From positions 24,887 to 88,886 of the forward strand of contig DIUJ01000051.1 in assembly GCA_002422315.1 (NCBI GenBank): a stretch of 64,000 nt of DNA. The letters are read 5' to 3'. Positions 34,511 through 45,703 of this stretch are shown piece by piece (position 1 is the first letter of the stretch; every line of letters begins with the position of its first letter). The position numbers and the translations under genes were made by a program. This DNA comes from Bacteroidetes bacterium UBA6161 (GTDB lineage Bacteria; Bacteroidota; Bacteroidia; NS11-12g; UBA955). The notes under the pieces are model-generated. The model had not been told where the DNA came from, made no database searches, and saw only the letters and a program-made list of their open reading frames with translations.

Positions 34511-35842
34511 TTAATAAAAAGCCAAAGGCATGCCTGCAGCTATTTCTTGTACAGAATTGTTTTCGAATACGGAAACTCCGTTTACAAAAGTTTGTACGAT
34601 AGAAGTATTAAAAACCTGTCCTTCCAAAGGGCTCCATTCGCATTTGTAAAGTATGTTTTGGGGGCTTACTTTATAGGGCGAATTGGGGTTTACCAATACA
34701 AGGTCGGCATAATATCCTTCTCTTATGAAGCCCCTGTCTTGAATTCGAAAACACTGGGCAGGCGCATGACACATTTTTTCTACTACTCTTTCTTTGCTTA
34801 TTACCCCTTGCAGGGCTTTTTCTAGCATCATTTGTAGGGAATGCTGAACCAAAGGAAGCCCACTTGGAGAGTTTGGGTAGTCTTTGTTCTTTTCTTCCAA
34901 GGTATGCGGAGCGTGGTCGGTAGCTATAATATCTATTTGGTTGTTTAACAGGCCGTTCCAAACCCCATTTTGATCTTCTTTAGACTTAATGGCTGGGTTG
35001 CACTGAATTTTAGAACCTAAGCTTTGGTACATACTTTGGTCAAACCAAAGGTGGTGCACACAAGCTTCGGAGGTTATTCTTTTATTTTCCAATGGGCCTT
35101 TTTCAAATAAGTCCACTTCCATTGCAGTAGAAATATGGAGAATATGCAATCTTGTATTGTATTTTTTTGCAAGCGAAACAGCCATGCTGCTAGAAATGAA
35201 ACAAGCTTCATGGTTTCGAATGATAGGGTGTTCAGTAACAGGGATATTCCCATTCCATTTTTCTTTAGCTATTTCCATGTTTTTACGAATGCTTGCTTCG
35301 TCTTCGCAATGAGTAGCAATAAGCTTGTCGCATTTAGAAAAAAGATTGGAAAGTACACTTTCATTGTCTACCAGCATATTGCCAGTAGAGGAACCCATAA
35401 AAACCTTTACACCGCATACCCTTGTGTCATTTAGGGCAAGTACATCTTCTAAGTTGTCGTTTGTAGCACCAAAGAAAAAAGAATGGTTTGCGGGGCTAAC
35501 TTTCGCTGCCACAGCAAATTTATGGTCCATTTCCATTTGGTTGGTGGTTTGTGGATTGGTATTGGGCATTTCCATAAAGGTGGTGGTTCCGCCTGCTACC
35601 GCTGCTTTAGATTCTGTGGCAATAGTAGCTTTGTGGGTTAGCCCTGGTTCTCTAAAATGTACTTGGTCGTCTATAACCCCGGGTAGTAGCCAAAGACCAC
35701 TGGCATCTATCACATTGTCGGCATGTATAAGAGAGCCAGCTGCTGTAATTTTTTCAATTCTTTGCCCTCTAATCAAAACATCGGCTTCAAAACTTTTTCC
35801 TTCGTTGATTAATAGCGCGTTACTTATTTTTAGGGTTTTCAT
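34511..35842 (-). CDS. pyrC: Dihydroorotase / cyclic amidohydrolase
   Basis: DDQVHFREPG metal-binding segment, VFMGSSTG and IIATDHAPH motif. Adjacent to pyrF. Confidence 0.8.
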   Translation of the reverse strand: MKTLKISNALLINEGKSFEADVLIRGQRIEKITAAGSLIHADNVIDASGLWLLPGVIDDQVHFREPGLTHKATIATESKAAVAGGTTTFMEMPNTNPQTTNQMEMDHKFAVAAKVSPANHSFFFGATNDNLEDVLALNDTRVCGVKVFMGSSTGNMLVDNESVLSNLFSKCDKLIATHCEDEASIRKNMEIAKEKWNGNIPVTEHPIIRNHEACFISSSMAVSLAKKYNTRLHILHISTAMEVDLFEKGPLENKRITSEACVHHLWFDQSMYQSLGSKIQCNPAIKSKEDQNGVWNGLLNNQIDIIATDHAPHTLEEKNKDYPNSPSGLPLVQHSLQMMLEKALQGVISKERVVEKMCHAPAQCFRIQDRGFIREGYYADLVLVNPNSPYKVSPQNILYKCEWSPLEGQVFNTSIVQTFVNGVSVFENNSVQEIAAGMPLAFY

Positions 35843-35847
35843 ACTTC

Positions 35848-36660
35848 TTAACTTAATTTTTCAACCCAAGTTTGCATTTGAGACTGTAATTCTTTGGCAG
35901 CATTGCTAGCTTTTTGTGCATAGTCTTCACCATTTCCTGCATATAAAATCCCTCTGGAAGAGTTTACCAAAAGTCCTATTTGGTCATTTGCCCCATGGGT
36001 ACTCACTTCGTCTACAGTGCCTCCTTGTGCTCCTACCCCGGGTACGAGTAAGAAATGCTCGGGTATTATTTTTCGGATATTGGATAGCTCAGATGCTTGT
36101 GTTGCTCCTGTTACAAACATCAGGTTATCGGGATTTCCCCATTTGCATACGGTTTCTATTACGGTTTCAAAAAGTCTTTTTTGGTTGAACTCTAAATGCT
36201 GAAAATCTTTGGAGCCAGTGTTAGAGGTAAGGGCCAAGCAAATTATCCATTTGTCTTTAAATTCTAAGAAAGGTCTTAGGCTGTCTTCCCCCATATATGG
36301 AGCTACTGTAACCGCGTCGAAATCCATGTGGTCAAAAAAGGCTTTGGCATACATACTGGAAGTATTGCCAATATCGCCTCGCTTTGCATCGGCTATACTG
36401 AAAGTGTTTTTAGGGATAAAAGATTTTGTTTGTTCCAATATTTCCCACCCTTTGGCACCATATTGTTCAAAAAATGCAGTATTTAATTTGTAAGCCACAC
36501 TACAAGGAAGGGTTGCTTCTATAATGTTGCGGTTAAATTCTATTAAGGAATCTGGATGCTTAGGGAAATGTATTGGTAGCTTATTCACTTCGGGGTCTAT
36601 GCCAGTACATAGGTATGATTTTTTATGTAGAATAGACTCTACTAGTGCTGCTCTTTTCAA
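35848..36660 (-). CDS. pyrF: Orotidine-5'-phosphate decarboxylase (type 2)
   Basis: LCTGIDPE, FSIADAKRGDIGNTSSMYA and LLVPGVGAQGG motifs. Confidence 0.85.
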   Translation of the reverse strand: MKRAALVESILHKKSYLCTGIDPEVNKLPIHFPKHPDSLIEFNRNIIEATLPCSVAYKLNTAFFEQYGAKGWEILEQTKSFIPKNTFSIADAKRGDIGNTSSMYAKAFFDHMDFDAVTVAPYMGEDSLRPFLEFKDKWIICLALTSNTGSKDFQHLEFNQKRLFETVIETVCKWGNPDNLMFVTGATQASELSNIRKIIPEHFLLVPGVGAQGGTVDEVSTHGANDQIGLLVNSSRGILYAGNGEDYAQKASNAAKELQSQMQTWVEKLS

Positions 36661-36738
36661 AATGGTATATTTATTAGGTTAGGTGAAAAAAAATAAGTTA
36701 AATTTGGCCACATTTTTATACGTGCAAAAAAACATAAA

Positions 36739-38418
36739 ATGAAGTTTAAAATCATTATCTTTTCTATATTTTTATTTTCCAATGTCCAACTAAGGAGCCA
36801 AGGGGAGCAAGGGGGTAAGTTTTCTGGTAATTTTGAAACAAATGTCAATTTTTATGAAAGAGACGATAGGATAGGGGCAAACACCGAGGTGTATAAAAAG
36901 GCAAAAAGCAGTGTAGACGCATGGTTGTTTTTGAATTATGAACTCAATGGTTTTCAGTTTTCTGCAAGGTTCGATGGTTTTCAGAACTCTCCTTTACTCA
37001 ATCCTCAAGGGATGTATACCAAGCAAGGTTTAGGCTTTTGGCAAGTGTCTAAAACCATTGATAAATACCAAATTACAGCAGGTTATTTCTACGAGCAATT
37101 CGGTTCGGGAATGCTTTTTAGAGCTTATGAAGACAGGAATATAGGCATAGACTTTGCTATTCAAGGAGTAAAAGTAAAAGCAAACCTAAATGAGAACTTA
37201 AAATTAAAAGTATTTTCGGGACAACAAAAAGGCAATATTTTAACTAGCGATAGATTTGATGTAACCCCACAAGTGCTTACCGGCATGAATCTAGAACAAA
37301 GGGTGAATATAAAAGATGTTACATTAGATTTGGGAGCATCGGCAATCAATAAGGTTTTAGACAATGCTACGCTAAATAGACTAGTAACCGATATTAATGC
37401 CCTGCCTCTGGAATCGAGGTTTTTACCTAAATACAATACCTATAGTTTTAATGGATATGGAACCATGCAGTACAAAAACCTCTCGCTATACGGAGAATAT
37501 TGTTACAAAACCCCCGAAGCTATTTTTGATTTAAACAACAACATGTACAATTCTGACGGGAACATAATTTTTGGCTCTGCTTCCTACTCGGCACAAGGTA
37601 TAGGTAAAAAGAAAAAAAGCAGTATAGGGTTTAATACACAATACAAAAGGATAGATAATTTTAGATTTAGAACCACCCCATACGAAACCCTATTGAATGG
37701 CATGGTGTCTTACCTGCCATCAATTACCCGCCAAAACACCTACAGATTATTAGCGCGATATAATTCTGTAGTGCAAGAGCAAGGAGAGCAAGCTTTTCAA
37801 GCAGATTTGGTATTTACACCTATAAAAGGAACCACTTTTATAGCCAATGCCTCCTATGTAGAAAGTTTAAAACAAAATGGCTTGAACAATGCTCCTCAGA
37901 AGCTATATCACGAGTTGTATTTCGAAGTGCAACACAAATTTAAAAGAAACGACAAAGGCCAACAATGGGCGGTGAAAGGTGGGGTTCAAAATATTTTTTA
38001 CAACCAAGATGTTTACGAAGTAAAGCCAGGTGCGAAAAATGTAAGGGCTAGCACACCCTTTGCAGAGGTAACCTACAAGTTTAAAAAGACAAAATCTTTT
38101 AGGCTAGAGACACAGTATTTGGAAACCAAACAGGATTTGGGTAGTTTCATAAACTTGATTTTAGAATATAATATGGCTCCACATTGGTCTTTTGCAATAG
38201 GCGATATGGTAAACCACAAACCCTACAGAAGTGCCAATACTACAGTCTCCGACGAAATTATTCATTACTACAGCGCTTTTATTGGCTATACCCAAGGGGC
38301 AACTAAAGTAACTATAGCTTATATAAAACAGGTAGAAGGGGTAAACTGTACAGGAGGTATATGTAGGGTAGAACCTGCATTTAGTGGACTTCGGGTAAAT
38401 ATGTCTTCTTCTTTTTAA
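36739..38418 (+). CDS. Predicted outer-membrane beta-barrel protein, unknown function
   Basis: Signal peptide, alternating beta-strand-like pattern throughout, and a C-terminal aromatic residue (…NMSSSF). Confidence 0.5.
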   Translation: MKFKIIIFSIFLFSNVQLRSQGEQGGKFSGNFETNVNFYERDDRIGANTEVYKKAKSSVDAWLFLNYELNGFQFSARFDGFQNSPLLNPQGMYTKQGLGFWQVSKTIDKYQITAGYFYEQFGSGMLFRAYEDRNIGIDFAIQGVKVKANLNENLKLKVFSGQQKGNILTSDRFDVTPQVLTGMNLEQRVNIKDVTLDLGASAINKVLDNATLNRLVTDINALPLESRFLPKYNTYSFNGYGTMQYKNLSLYGEYCYKTPEAIFDLNNNMYNSDGNIIFGSASYSAQGIGKKKKSSIGFNTQYKRIDNFRFRTTPYETLLNGMVSYLPSITRQNTYRLLARYNSVVQEQGEQAFQADLVFTPIKGTTFIANASYVESLKQNGLNNAPQKLYHELYFEVQHKFKRNDKGQQWAVKGGVQNIFYNQDVYEVKPGAKNVRASTPFAEVTYKFKKTKSFRLETQYLETKQDLGSFINLILEYNMAPHWSFAIGDMVNHKPYRSANTTVSDEIIHYYSAFIGYTQGATKVTIAYIKQVEGVNCTGGICRVEPAFSGLRVNMSSSF

Positions 38419-38491
38419 ATTTCTATACAGTTGAAAACTAGATTTGCCCATAAAATAAAGCAATTGTAGATTTCGTTTCATAAATATCAAA

Positions 38492-40948
38492 ATGCTAAAA
38501 TTCAACACAACAAAATTATTTATACTGTTCCTTTTTGTTTTGCTGCTTAATCTGAACAAAGCGTCTGCACAATTTTATTCAGAGTGGTCGCAAGTTTCCA
38601 AAATGAAAAAAGAAGAAATAGCAGAAAAAATATTCTTAGAATCTGAAACAGACTTGGGTTTAATTTCAAAAAATCCTAAACTATGTATCAATGCATATTC
38701 TGTAAAACTAAAGAACTTTGCTGGAGCATCGCAAGCTGCTTCGGTTGTAAATATGTGGACCGACATAGGGGAATTGTATATGGTAAAACCCGAATACAAA
38801 TTTTTCGAGGATACCTTTTTTCAAAATTTACAATTTATAGACCACTTGATTTTGGAAACAGACTTAAGTGATTCCAATATCTTGTATGCTGCATCCAAAA
38901 TTCCTAATTTACAGAAAATTACTTTAGTATTAACAGAAGAGCCACAGGACTGGGATTTTATATTCTATTTTCAAAAAATTGCCAACCTACACATTTATGG
39001 TAATTTTTTACCTGAATCTTTGCATGCCTTAGGCGAGAAGCTCCTGTATTTTCACTCCTTACAAGAATTGGGTTTAAGTGTAGATTATGCAACCGATTTG
39101 CCAAGGAATTTCAACTTGTTGGCAAACCTTAAAGCCTTAAAGTTGTACGACAACCAAAGCCGTATAAATAGGAAAAACATGTTGCAAGTACAGCCCGAAA
39201 TATTTTCAATTTTTGGAAAACTTGGCAATGGACAAGCTGCTACTATAGATATAATGTATTTTGCCGAAGACTATGGACTTACCTTTAGGGAAAACAAATA
39301 CGTAGAACAAATATGGGAGGGAAATAGAGGCCCTTATGAATCCCCTAACAACAATGAATCAGGAACGAGTTTGGTAAAAAGGCACAAGTCGAAGCTTGCC
39401 AAACCTTCCTTTATGCAATCTGAATTTCCAAAGAATCCCGTAGAAGGTTTGAATATTCCATCTGAGGTTTTTGAAATAAATACCGAACAACAGAATATAC
39501 TGCATACACATAGCGGACTAAATTTGTTTATACCCGCACTTGCGGTGAAGGATGCCAATGGTTTGCCATTTAAAGGCAGCGCTTTTGTTTCCATTAGAAC
39601 CCTTACAGATCCTCTTGATGCAGCATTTAGGGGCTTGGACTTGTGCTTAAGTCCGAAGGTTCCTTCTCCTTTTTACTCTCTAGATAGATTTGTGGAGATA
39701 GAGTTATCGGATGGGAATTTTGCCCTGCAATTGGATCCTCATATAAATTACAAACTGGATTTTCCATCTCAGGACTCCTTATCCGCTCTCTTTTATTTGG
39801 ATAATGAGTTTAAATCTTTTGTTGACAATGAATTATACAAACAAGCCGTTGTAGATCCCCAATTAGAGAATTCAATAATTCCTCAGCGCTACGACGAGTG
39901 GTCGCGAAACCCCAATACTGTTCATCTTTATAAGTTAGATAACCGAACTTTTGACCAGCGCTTTTATAGCACAGAGACGTTTTTCTTATTTGATGAAGAG
40001 AGTAAACAAGAGAAATATGTTAAGAAAGACCAATATTTAACAGGCAAAACATACTATTGGGAAAAGGAAAATGCATCGCAGCAAGTGGTAAGAATTAAAT
40101 CAGGGAAGACCCTATTTAAAGTAAAAAAGGTAAATCCGAAATCGAAAAAGAAAGGAGATATATTTTTTCAAATCCTTGACCCAAATGTATTGTTTTCAGA
40201 GTTTAAAGTTTTTGGGCCAAATCTATTTAAGCTAGAGGATACTCTAACAAGTAAGTTTTTTGGAGCAAATTATACTCGTTCGCAAGTGTATTCCGATATA
40301 AGAATAGAAGAAGACAAAACAAATAGTACATGGAATTTGATTCTGAAAACAGAGGAAGGTTTTAAAGTCTTGAAAATTAGTTCTATTATATATAAACCCA
40401 ATGGTAAGCCATTGAATTTGAAGAAATCCAAAAAGATATTCCAAAAATATAAGAGAATACTTAGGCAAAGAGAGCTTTCCTTTAATGAATTTGTAAAACA
40501 GAGGCAAGTAGATTATGTATCGTTTTATCAAAAAAGACAGCAAGATTGGGAGAAAAAACAAACATTTAAGTCTGCATTTGTAAGGAAAACAGGGGTTTAT
40601 TCCATGCTTAGAACCACGGAAGACACTACGCAAAACGAACAATTCTTTATTACTTTCTTAGATCAAAATGGCTTGCCAATAGACATTAGGAAGCTTTTTT
40701 GGGTAAGTAAGCATTTTAATACTGTACAAGAACTGGGCTTGGGCGATGTAAGTTTAAATCAAAAGGAAACAAGTTTGATTTTCTGTGTAGATTACAATGG
40801 GAATATGCATTACATAGCTGGTGAAGCATTTCGCTCCAAGAATTATAAAGAGGGTAGTTTGTACAATATTTACATGCAGTCTATGGGCCAAATGCCAAGA
40901 AATATTCAAGAATTTAAGTCACTAATAAAGTACGATAAACTTCACTGA
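38492..40948 (+). CDS. Large secreted hypothetical protein with an LRR-like segment
   Basis: Signal peptide (LFVLLLNLNKASA). Residues ~130-220 show leucine-rich-repeat-like periodicity (LQKITL...LQELGLS...LKALKLYDN). Confidence 0.5.
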   Translation: MLKFNTTKLFILFLFVLLLNLNKASAQFYSEWSQVSKMKKEEIAEKIFLESETDLGLISKNPKLCINAYSVKLKNFAGASQAASVVNMWTDIGELYMVKPEYKFFEDTFFQNLQFIDHLILETDLSDSNILYAASKIPNLQKITLVLTEEPQDWDFIFYFQKIANLHIYGNFLPESLHALGEKLLYFHSLQELGLSVDYATDLPRNFNLLANLKALKLYDNQSRINRKNMLQVQPEIFSIFGKLGNGQAATIDIMYFAEDYGLTFRENKYVEQIWEGNRGPYESPNNNESGTSLVKRHKSKLAKPSFMQSEFPKNPVEGLNIPSEVFEINTEQQNILHTHSGLNLFIPALAVKDANGLPFKGSAFVSIRTLTDPLDAAFRGLDLCLSPKVPSPFYSLDRFVEIELSDGNFALQLDPHINYKLDFPSQDSLSALFYLDNEFKSFVDNELYKQAVVDPQLENSIIPQRYDEWSRNPNTVHLYKLDNRTFDQRFYSTETFFLFDEESKQEKYVKKDQYLTGKTYYWEKENASQQVVRIKSGKTLFKVKKVNPKSKKKGDIFFQILDPNVLFSEFKVFGPNLFKLEDTLTSKFFGANYTRSQVYSDIRIEEDKTNSTWNLILKTEEGFKVLKISSIIYKPNGKPLNLKKSKKIFQKYKRILRQRELSFNEFVKQRQVDYVSFYQKRQQDWEKKQTFKSAFVRKTGVYSMLRTTEDTTQNEQFFITFLDQNGLPIDIRKLFWVSKHFNTVQELGLGDVSLNQKETSLIFCVDYNGNMHYIAGEAFRSKNYKEGSLYNIYMQSMGQMPRNIQEFKSLIKYDKLH

Positions 40949-40949
40949 C

Positions 40950-42467
40950 ATGCTAGAGCAAATATCTACCCCGCTTTTGTTTGTGGGTATTTTGGTTTTG
41001 TATTTTTTGGTCTTGGTGTGGATAGGGAGGCGCACTAGTGCCCAAGGCGACAATACTACTTTTTTTACAGGAAATAGAAGCTCCCCGTGGTATTTGGTAG
41101 CGTATGGTATGATTGGGGCTTCCCTCTCCGGAGTTACATTTTTGTCCATACCAGGCGATGTGTTGTTTAGTGGTTTTTCATATATGCAATTGGTAGCTGG
41201 CTATATAGCAGGCTATTTGGTAATTGCATTTGTTTTGTTGCCTGTGTATTACAAATTGAATTTAACCACAATTTATGGTTATTTAGAGCAAAGGTTTGGG
41301 AGGAACGCATACAAAACAGGGGCTTTTTATTTTCTTTTGTCTAGGTCTATAGGTTCTGCTTTTAGGTTGTTTTTGGTAGCTTTGGTTCTTCAAACATTTA
41401 TCTCAGACCCTCTAGGTTTTCCTTTTGAAGCTACAGTTCTTGTTACTATCATACTCATTTGGGTGTATTCGTTTAAGGGTGGGATAAAAACCATAGTATA
41501 TACCGATACCCTCCAAACCACCTTTATGCTACTTTCCTTAGGCATCAGTTTAGTTTATTTATGGCAACAAATCCAACTTTTGGAACCCAATAGCAGTGTT
41601 TGGCAGCAGGTGGGTGAAATGGGTATGGATTATTGGCTCGTGTGGGAACCTAGCGCGAAGAATCATTTCTTGAAGCATTTTTTTGGTGGTATGTTTATAA
41701 CCATCACAATGACCGGATTAGACCAAGACATGATGCAAAAAAATTTAACATGTAAAAGTTTAAAAGAGTCACAAAAAAATGTATTGTGGATGAGTTCCTT
41801 GCTGGTGCCTGTAAATTTTCTTTTTTTGCTTCTTGGCTCTTTGTTGTATGTGTATGGGAGCAAAGTAGGTTTTTTGCAAATCGAGACTCTTGCAGAAGGA
41901 AAAAAAATATGGATGCAAAATGCTGGAATAATTAGTTCAGATAAGGTTTTTGCTGTAATAGCAGCATATGAATTACCTGTTTTTGCTGCTTTACTTTTTT
42001 TTGTAGGTTTGGTAGCTGCTGCTTATTCTACCGCCGATTCGGGCCTTACAGCCCTAACTACTACCTTTTGTGTAGATTTTTTAGGATTTAAAGAAGGGAA
42101 AGGTACTGTAAAACAAAGATATTGGGTTCATTTTGCATTTTCTATGCTGCTATTTGTAATGATAATAGTATTCAAAAAACTGAACAATGAGGCTGTAATT
42201 AAGGAACTTTTTACAATAGCGGGATATACTTATGGGCCCTTGTTAGGCATGTTTACATTTGGGTTATTGCATAAACATAAAACTAGGGATATGTGGATTC
42301 CAATTGTATGTGTGCTTTCACCTTTGTTTACCTTTGTTTTACACCACTATAGCGAGATTTTATTTAATGGATATGTATTTGGTTTTGAGCTGTTATTGGT
42401 AAATGGCTTTATAACCTATTTGGGTCTTTGGGTATTGTCGTGGAGAAGAAACAAAAGCCAGTTTTAA
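40950..42467 (+). CDS. Sodium:solute symporter (SSS) family transporter
   Basis: About 13-14 TM helices. N-terminal FFTGNRSSPW and GASLSGVTFLSIPG segments are typical of SSS proteins. Confidence 0.7.
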   Translation: MLEQISTPLLFVGILVLYFLVLVWIGRRTSAQGDNTTFFTGNRSSPWYLVAYGMIGASLSGVTFLSIPGDVLFSGFSYMQLVAGYIAGYLVIAFVLLPVYYKLNLTTIYGYLEQRFGRNAYKTGAFYFLLSRSIGSAFRLFLVALVLQTFISDPLGFPFEATVLVTIILIWVYSFKGGIKTIVYTDTLQTTFMLLSLGISLVYLWQQIQLLEPNSSVWQQVGEMGMDYWLVWEPSAKNHFLKHFFGGMFITITMTGLDQDMMQKNLTCKSLKESQKNVLWMSSLLVPVNFLFLLLGSLLYVYGSKVGFLQIETLAEGKKIWMQNAGIISSDKVFAVIAAYELPVFAALLFFVGLVAAAYSTADSGLTALTTTFCVDFLGFKEGKGTVKQRYWVHFAFSMLLFVMIIVFKKLNNEAVIKELFTIAGYTYGPLLGMFTFGLLHKHKTRDMWIPIVCVLSPLFTFVLHHYSEILFNGYVFGFELLLVNGFITYLGLWVLSWRRNKSQF

Positions 42468-42560
42468 CTTATAAATGGAAATTATTTAATAGTTTATTAA
42501 TTAATTTGTGCGTATAGTTGTAATTTTACGACTTATATACCCACAAACAACAAACTCTAT

Positions 42561-43211
42561 ATGTGCTTTTCCGCAACAGCCAGTTTTGTAGCCAGCGCTT
42601 CACTTATAGCTACAGGCTATGCTACCATAAAAAACACCTCTACAAAAGAACAAGTTCCTTTTGCTTCCATCCCCATATTATTTGGTGTGCAGCAAGGTAT
42701 TGAGGGTTTTGTATGGCTCTCGCTTCAGCAAGCAGAATTTCAGGCTATACACAACGTCACGGTGTATGGATTTTTATTTTTTGCACAAGTTTTCTGGCCT
42801 TTTTGGGTTCCTTTTTCTATTTGGCTTATAGAGAAAAATGCTCTAAGGAAAAAAATCCTTTCTGTTATCTTGTTTCTGGGGACAATAGTGGCAATGTATT
42901 TGGCCTATTGTTTGGTGGTATTCGAGCCTGTTGCAAGTATTCATAATCACCATATAATGTATACTCTCAATTTTCCCGCTTATTTTTGGTGGTTTAGTGG
43001 TTTGTTCTATTTTGTACCAACAGTATTGCCTCCATTTTTTTCTTCGATAAAAAAGATGGTTTGGTTAGGGATTCTTGTTTTTTTGTCTTTTTTAGTTTCT
43101 AAGTTATTTTTCTTTGAACAATTAATTTCTGTTTGGTGTTTTTTTGCAGCAACTATGAGTGTTGTAGTTTGGTATGTTTTAAAAAAGAACCCACTAAAAG
43201 CTATTTTGTAG
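42561..43211 (+). CDS. Polytopic membrane protein, unknown function
   Basis: Six or more hydrophobic helices. No catalytic motif recognised. Confidence 0.5.
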   Translation: MCFSATASFVASASLIATGYATIKNTSTKEQVPFASIPILFGVQQGIEGFVWLSLQQAEFQAIHNVTVYGFLFFAQVFWPFWVPFSIWLIEKNALRKKILSVILFLGTIVAMYLAYCLVVFEPVASIHNHHIMYTLNFPAYFWWFSGLFYFVPTVLPPFFSSIKKMVWLGILVFLSFLVSKLFFFEQLISVWCFFAATMSVVVWYVLKKNPLKAIL

Positions 43212-43341
43212 CAAAATAATGAAGTTCTAAAACAAGTATTCGAAACAAAGATTCTTTACTCTGAAATTGGAGAATGTATGGGGAGTTGTTTCCAATATTT
43301 TTTTTAACTTGCACAACAAAATAACAGGAGTTTTAAAAGGG

Positions 43342-43743
43342 ATGTCTTTAGCTATAAATTTACTCAAAGAGAAAGGTTTGAAGGTTACCGAACAGAGGGC
43401 TTCTGTTTTGCAAAAGCTTTCACAGCATTCACATCCTCAGTTATTAAACGAGCTACAAGAGGCCTTGGGGCAGGGCATGAACAGGATTACTTTGTACCGG
43501 GTTTTAAATGATTTAGAATCTGTATCTCTAATAAAAATATTCTTTGGAGCCGATGGTCAAAAGTATATTGAGTTGAAACAGGGTCAGAGCAGCAATCACA
43601 AATTGTCACATCTTCATTTTCAGTGCTCAGAATGTCAGCATTTGTATTGTGTAGAAAATGTAGAAGTATTTGGATTGCCAGAAGGTTTTAGTATTAAGAG
43701 CGACAAAACAGTATTGGCTGGTATGTGTAACAATTGCCAGTGA
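43342..43743 (+). CDS. Fur-family metalloregulator (ATG at 43342 preferred over the track's TTG at 43267)
   Basis: LKVTEQRASVLQKL winged helix, ITLYRVLNDLE, paired CxxC motifs (CSECQ ... CNNCQ). Confidence 0.8.
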   Translation: MSLAINLLKEKGLKVTEQRASVLQKLSQHSHPQLLNELQEALGQGMNRITLYRVLNDLESVSLIKIFFGADGQKYIELKQGQSSNHKLSHLHFQCSECQHLYCVENVEVFGLPEGFSIKSDKTVLAGMCNNCQ

Positions 43744-43780
43744 TTTTTTATTTTAGTATTTAAGTAGCACCATACAAACC

Positions 43781-45265
43781 GTGAGCGGAATAAAAAAATT
43801 AGCCAAACAAACACTAACCTATGGGGTTAGTAACATTTTGTCTAGGTCTGTAAATCTACTCTTAACCCCTTTGTATACTTATTTCTTAGCCGATGCTTCT
43901 GAGTATGGAGAGGTTTCTGTCTTTTTTGTTTTTACTGCTTTTTTGTTTGTGTTTTTTACATTGGGAATGGAAACTGCTTTTTTTAATTTTGCTAAAAAGC
44001 AAGAAAATTCTCGAGCCTCTTTTTCCAATGCTTTTTATGCATTACTGGCATTTTCTTTGTTTTGGTTTCCTGTGGGTTTTTACTTTTCTACTGATTTGGC
44101 CCATATGGCAGAGTTTCCTGAGCGTAGCTTGGTGGTAAAAATGCTTGTACTTATATTGTTTTTTGATGCTATGGCAGCATTGCCATTTGCATTGCTTAGA
44201 CAACAAAACAAGGCGATAAATTATGTTAAAATAAAAATAGCATCTACTGTATTTAATGTAATAATGAACCTTGTGCTAATAGCAGGGTTGTTTTTTTTAC
44301 ACAAGGTTGTGCCCTTGCCTTTCAATCCCCAGGATTATTTTATAGAATTTATATTTCTATCTAACGTGCTTTCCTCTTTGTTTGCGTTGTTGGTTTTGGT
44401 TCCTTATTTTAAGCCTTTTTTAGGTCCTTGGGACCCCGCTCAAATGTTCAAAATGTTAAGGTATTCTTTGCCATTGGTTTTGGTAGGTTTTGCAGGTATG
44501 ATAAATGAGACATTAGACAGGGTTCTCTTAAAGTATTTGCTGGCAGAAGATATTGCAAATTCTGAGGTTGGAATTTATAATGCATTTTACAAGATAAGTT
44601 TGGTGGTTACTTTATTTATCCAATCTTTTCGTTATGCGGCAGAACCTTTCTTTTTTGGAAAATCAGAAGACCAAGATGCCAAATTGGTGTATGCTAAAGT
44701 TATGGATTATTTTGTTTGGATTTGCGGCTTTATAGTAATGTTAACTATTGTTTTTTCTCCGCTGTTAAGTAAACTAATTATTCGTAAAGAAGTTTATTTT
44801 GAAGGAGGCAGGGGGATGTCTGTAGTGCCTATCCTTTTGTTGGCAAATTTGTTTTTAGGGGTGTATTATAATTTGTCTATATGGTATAAAATTACCCAAA
44901 AAACTATGGTTGGAGGTTGGGTATCTTTATTTGGTGCTCTTTTGACCATTGGTTTTAATTTGCTATGGATTCCCACACTTGGCTTTGTAGGCTCCGCTTG
45001 GGCAACACTTGTAGCCTATTTCGCAATGACAATCCTGAGTTTTATTTTGGGTTCTATATACTATCCGGTACCTTATTCTAAGTGGAAATTGTTTTTCAAT
45101 TTTAGCTTTTTAACACTAGTAACTTGTTGGATACATTTTATGCCACCCCCTATGGTTTGGGTAGTTTTAACAGCTTTCCTCTATTTAATTTTCTTTGCAA
45201 TTATTGAAAGACCCGACAAAAACCCTAAATTTGCACGTTTTTTTTTAAGAAATGACAAAAATTAA
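43781..45265 (+). CDS. MOP-superfamily polysaccharide/oligosaccharide flippase (Wzx/MurJ-like)
   Basis: About 14 TM helices. N-terminal [29 protein letters not shown] is typical of the polysaccharide biosynthesis protein family. Confidence 0.7.
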   Translation: MSGIKKLAKQTLTYGVSNILSRSVNLLLTPLYTYFLADASEYGEVSVFFVFTAFLFVFFTLGMETAFFNFAKKQENSRASFSNAFYALLAFSLFWFPVGFYFSTDLAHMAEFPERSLVVKMLVLILFFDAMAALPFALLRQQNKAINYVKIKIASTVFNVIMNLVLIAGLFFLHKVVPLPFNPQDYFIEFIFLSNVLSSLFALLVLVPYFKPFLGPWDPAQMFKMLRYSLPLVLVGFAGMINETLDRVLLKYLLAEDIANSEVGIYNAFYKISLVVTLFIQSFRYAAEPFFFGKSEDQDAKLVYAKVMDYFVWICGFIVMLTIVFSPLLSKLIIRKEVYFEGGRGMSVVPILLLANLFLGVYYNLSIWYKITQKTMVGGWVSLFGALLTIGFNLLWIPTLGFVGSAWATLVAYFAMTILSFILGSIYYPVPYSKWKLFFNFSFLTLVTCWIHFMPPPMVWVVLTAFLYLIFFAIIERPDKNPKFARFFLRNDKN

Positions 45266-45686
45266 AGTAATAAATAAGTCTACGAATGTACTACCAAGTT
45301 ACCAAACACCAGGTTCTGCGGGCATGGATTTAATGGCAAATTTGGAGCATTCTATGGTTCTAAATCCAGGCGAAAGAGTATTGGTTCCAACGGGTTTGTA
45401 TATGGAGCTTCCTATTGATAAAGAAGCACAGATAAGACCAAGAAGTGGTTTGGCATTTAAGCATGGCATAACAGTACTTAATTCCCCCGGGACTATAGAT
45501 TCTGATTATAGAGGAGAAATTAAAGTACTTTTAATAAACCACGGATCAGAAGCTTTTGAAATTAAAAATGGGGAAAGAATAGCCCAAATGGTGATAGCAA
45601 GTGTGCATCAAATTTCTTGGGAATTAGAAGAAACACTAAGCGAAACAGAAAGAGGAGCAGGTGGCTATGGCCATACTGGAAAATAA
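45252..45686 (+). CDS. dut: dUTP diphosphatase
   Basis: [27 protein letters not shown] and [10 protein letters not shown] motifs. Confidence 0.93.
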   Translation: MTKIKVINKSTNVLPSYQTPGSAGMDLMANLEHSMVLNPGERVLVPTGLYMELPIDKEAQIRPRSGLAFKHGITVLNSPGTIDSDYRGEIKVLLINHGSEAFEIKNGERIAQMVIASVHQISWELEETLSETERGAGGYGHTGK

Positions 45687-45703
45687 ATAATAAAAAAGAA
45701 AAA

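Noticed and set aside
34505-35909. ORFs antisense to or overlapping pyrC (34505-34825, 34671-34961, 35135-35434, 35325-35909)
   Set aside because: All overlap a gene with clear dihydroorotase motifs and have low-complexity or Arg/Ser-rich translations.
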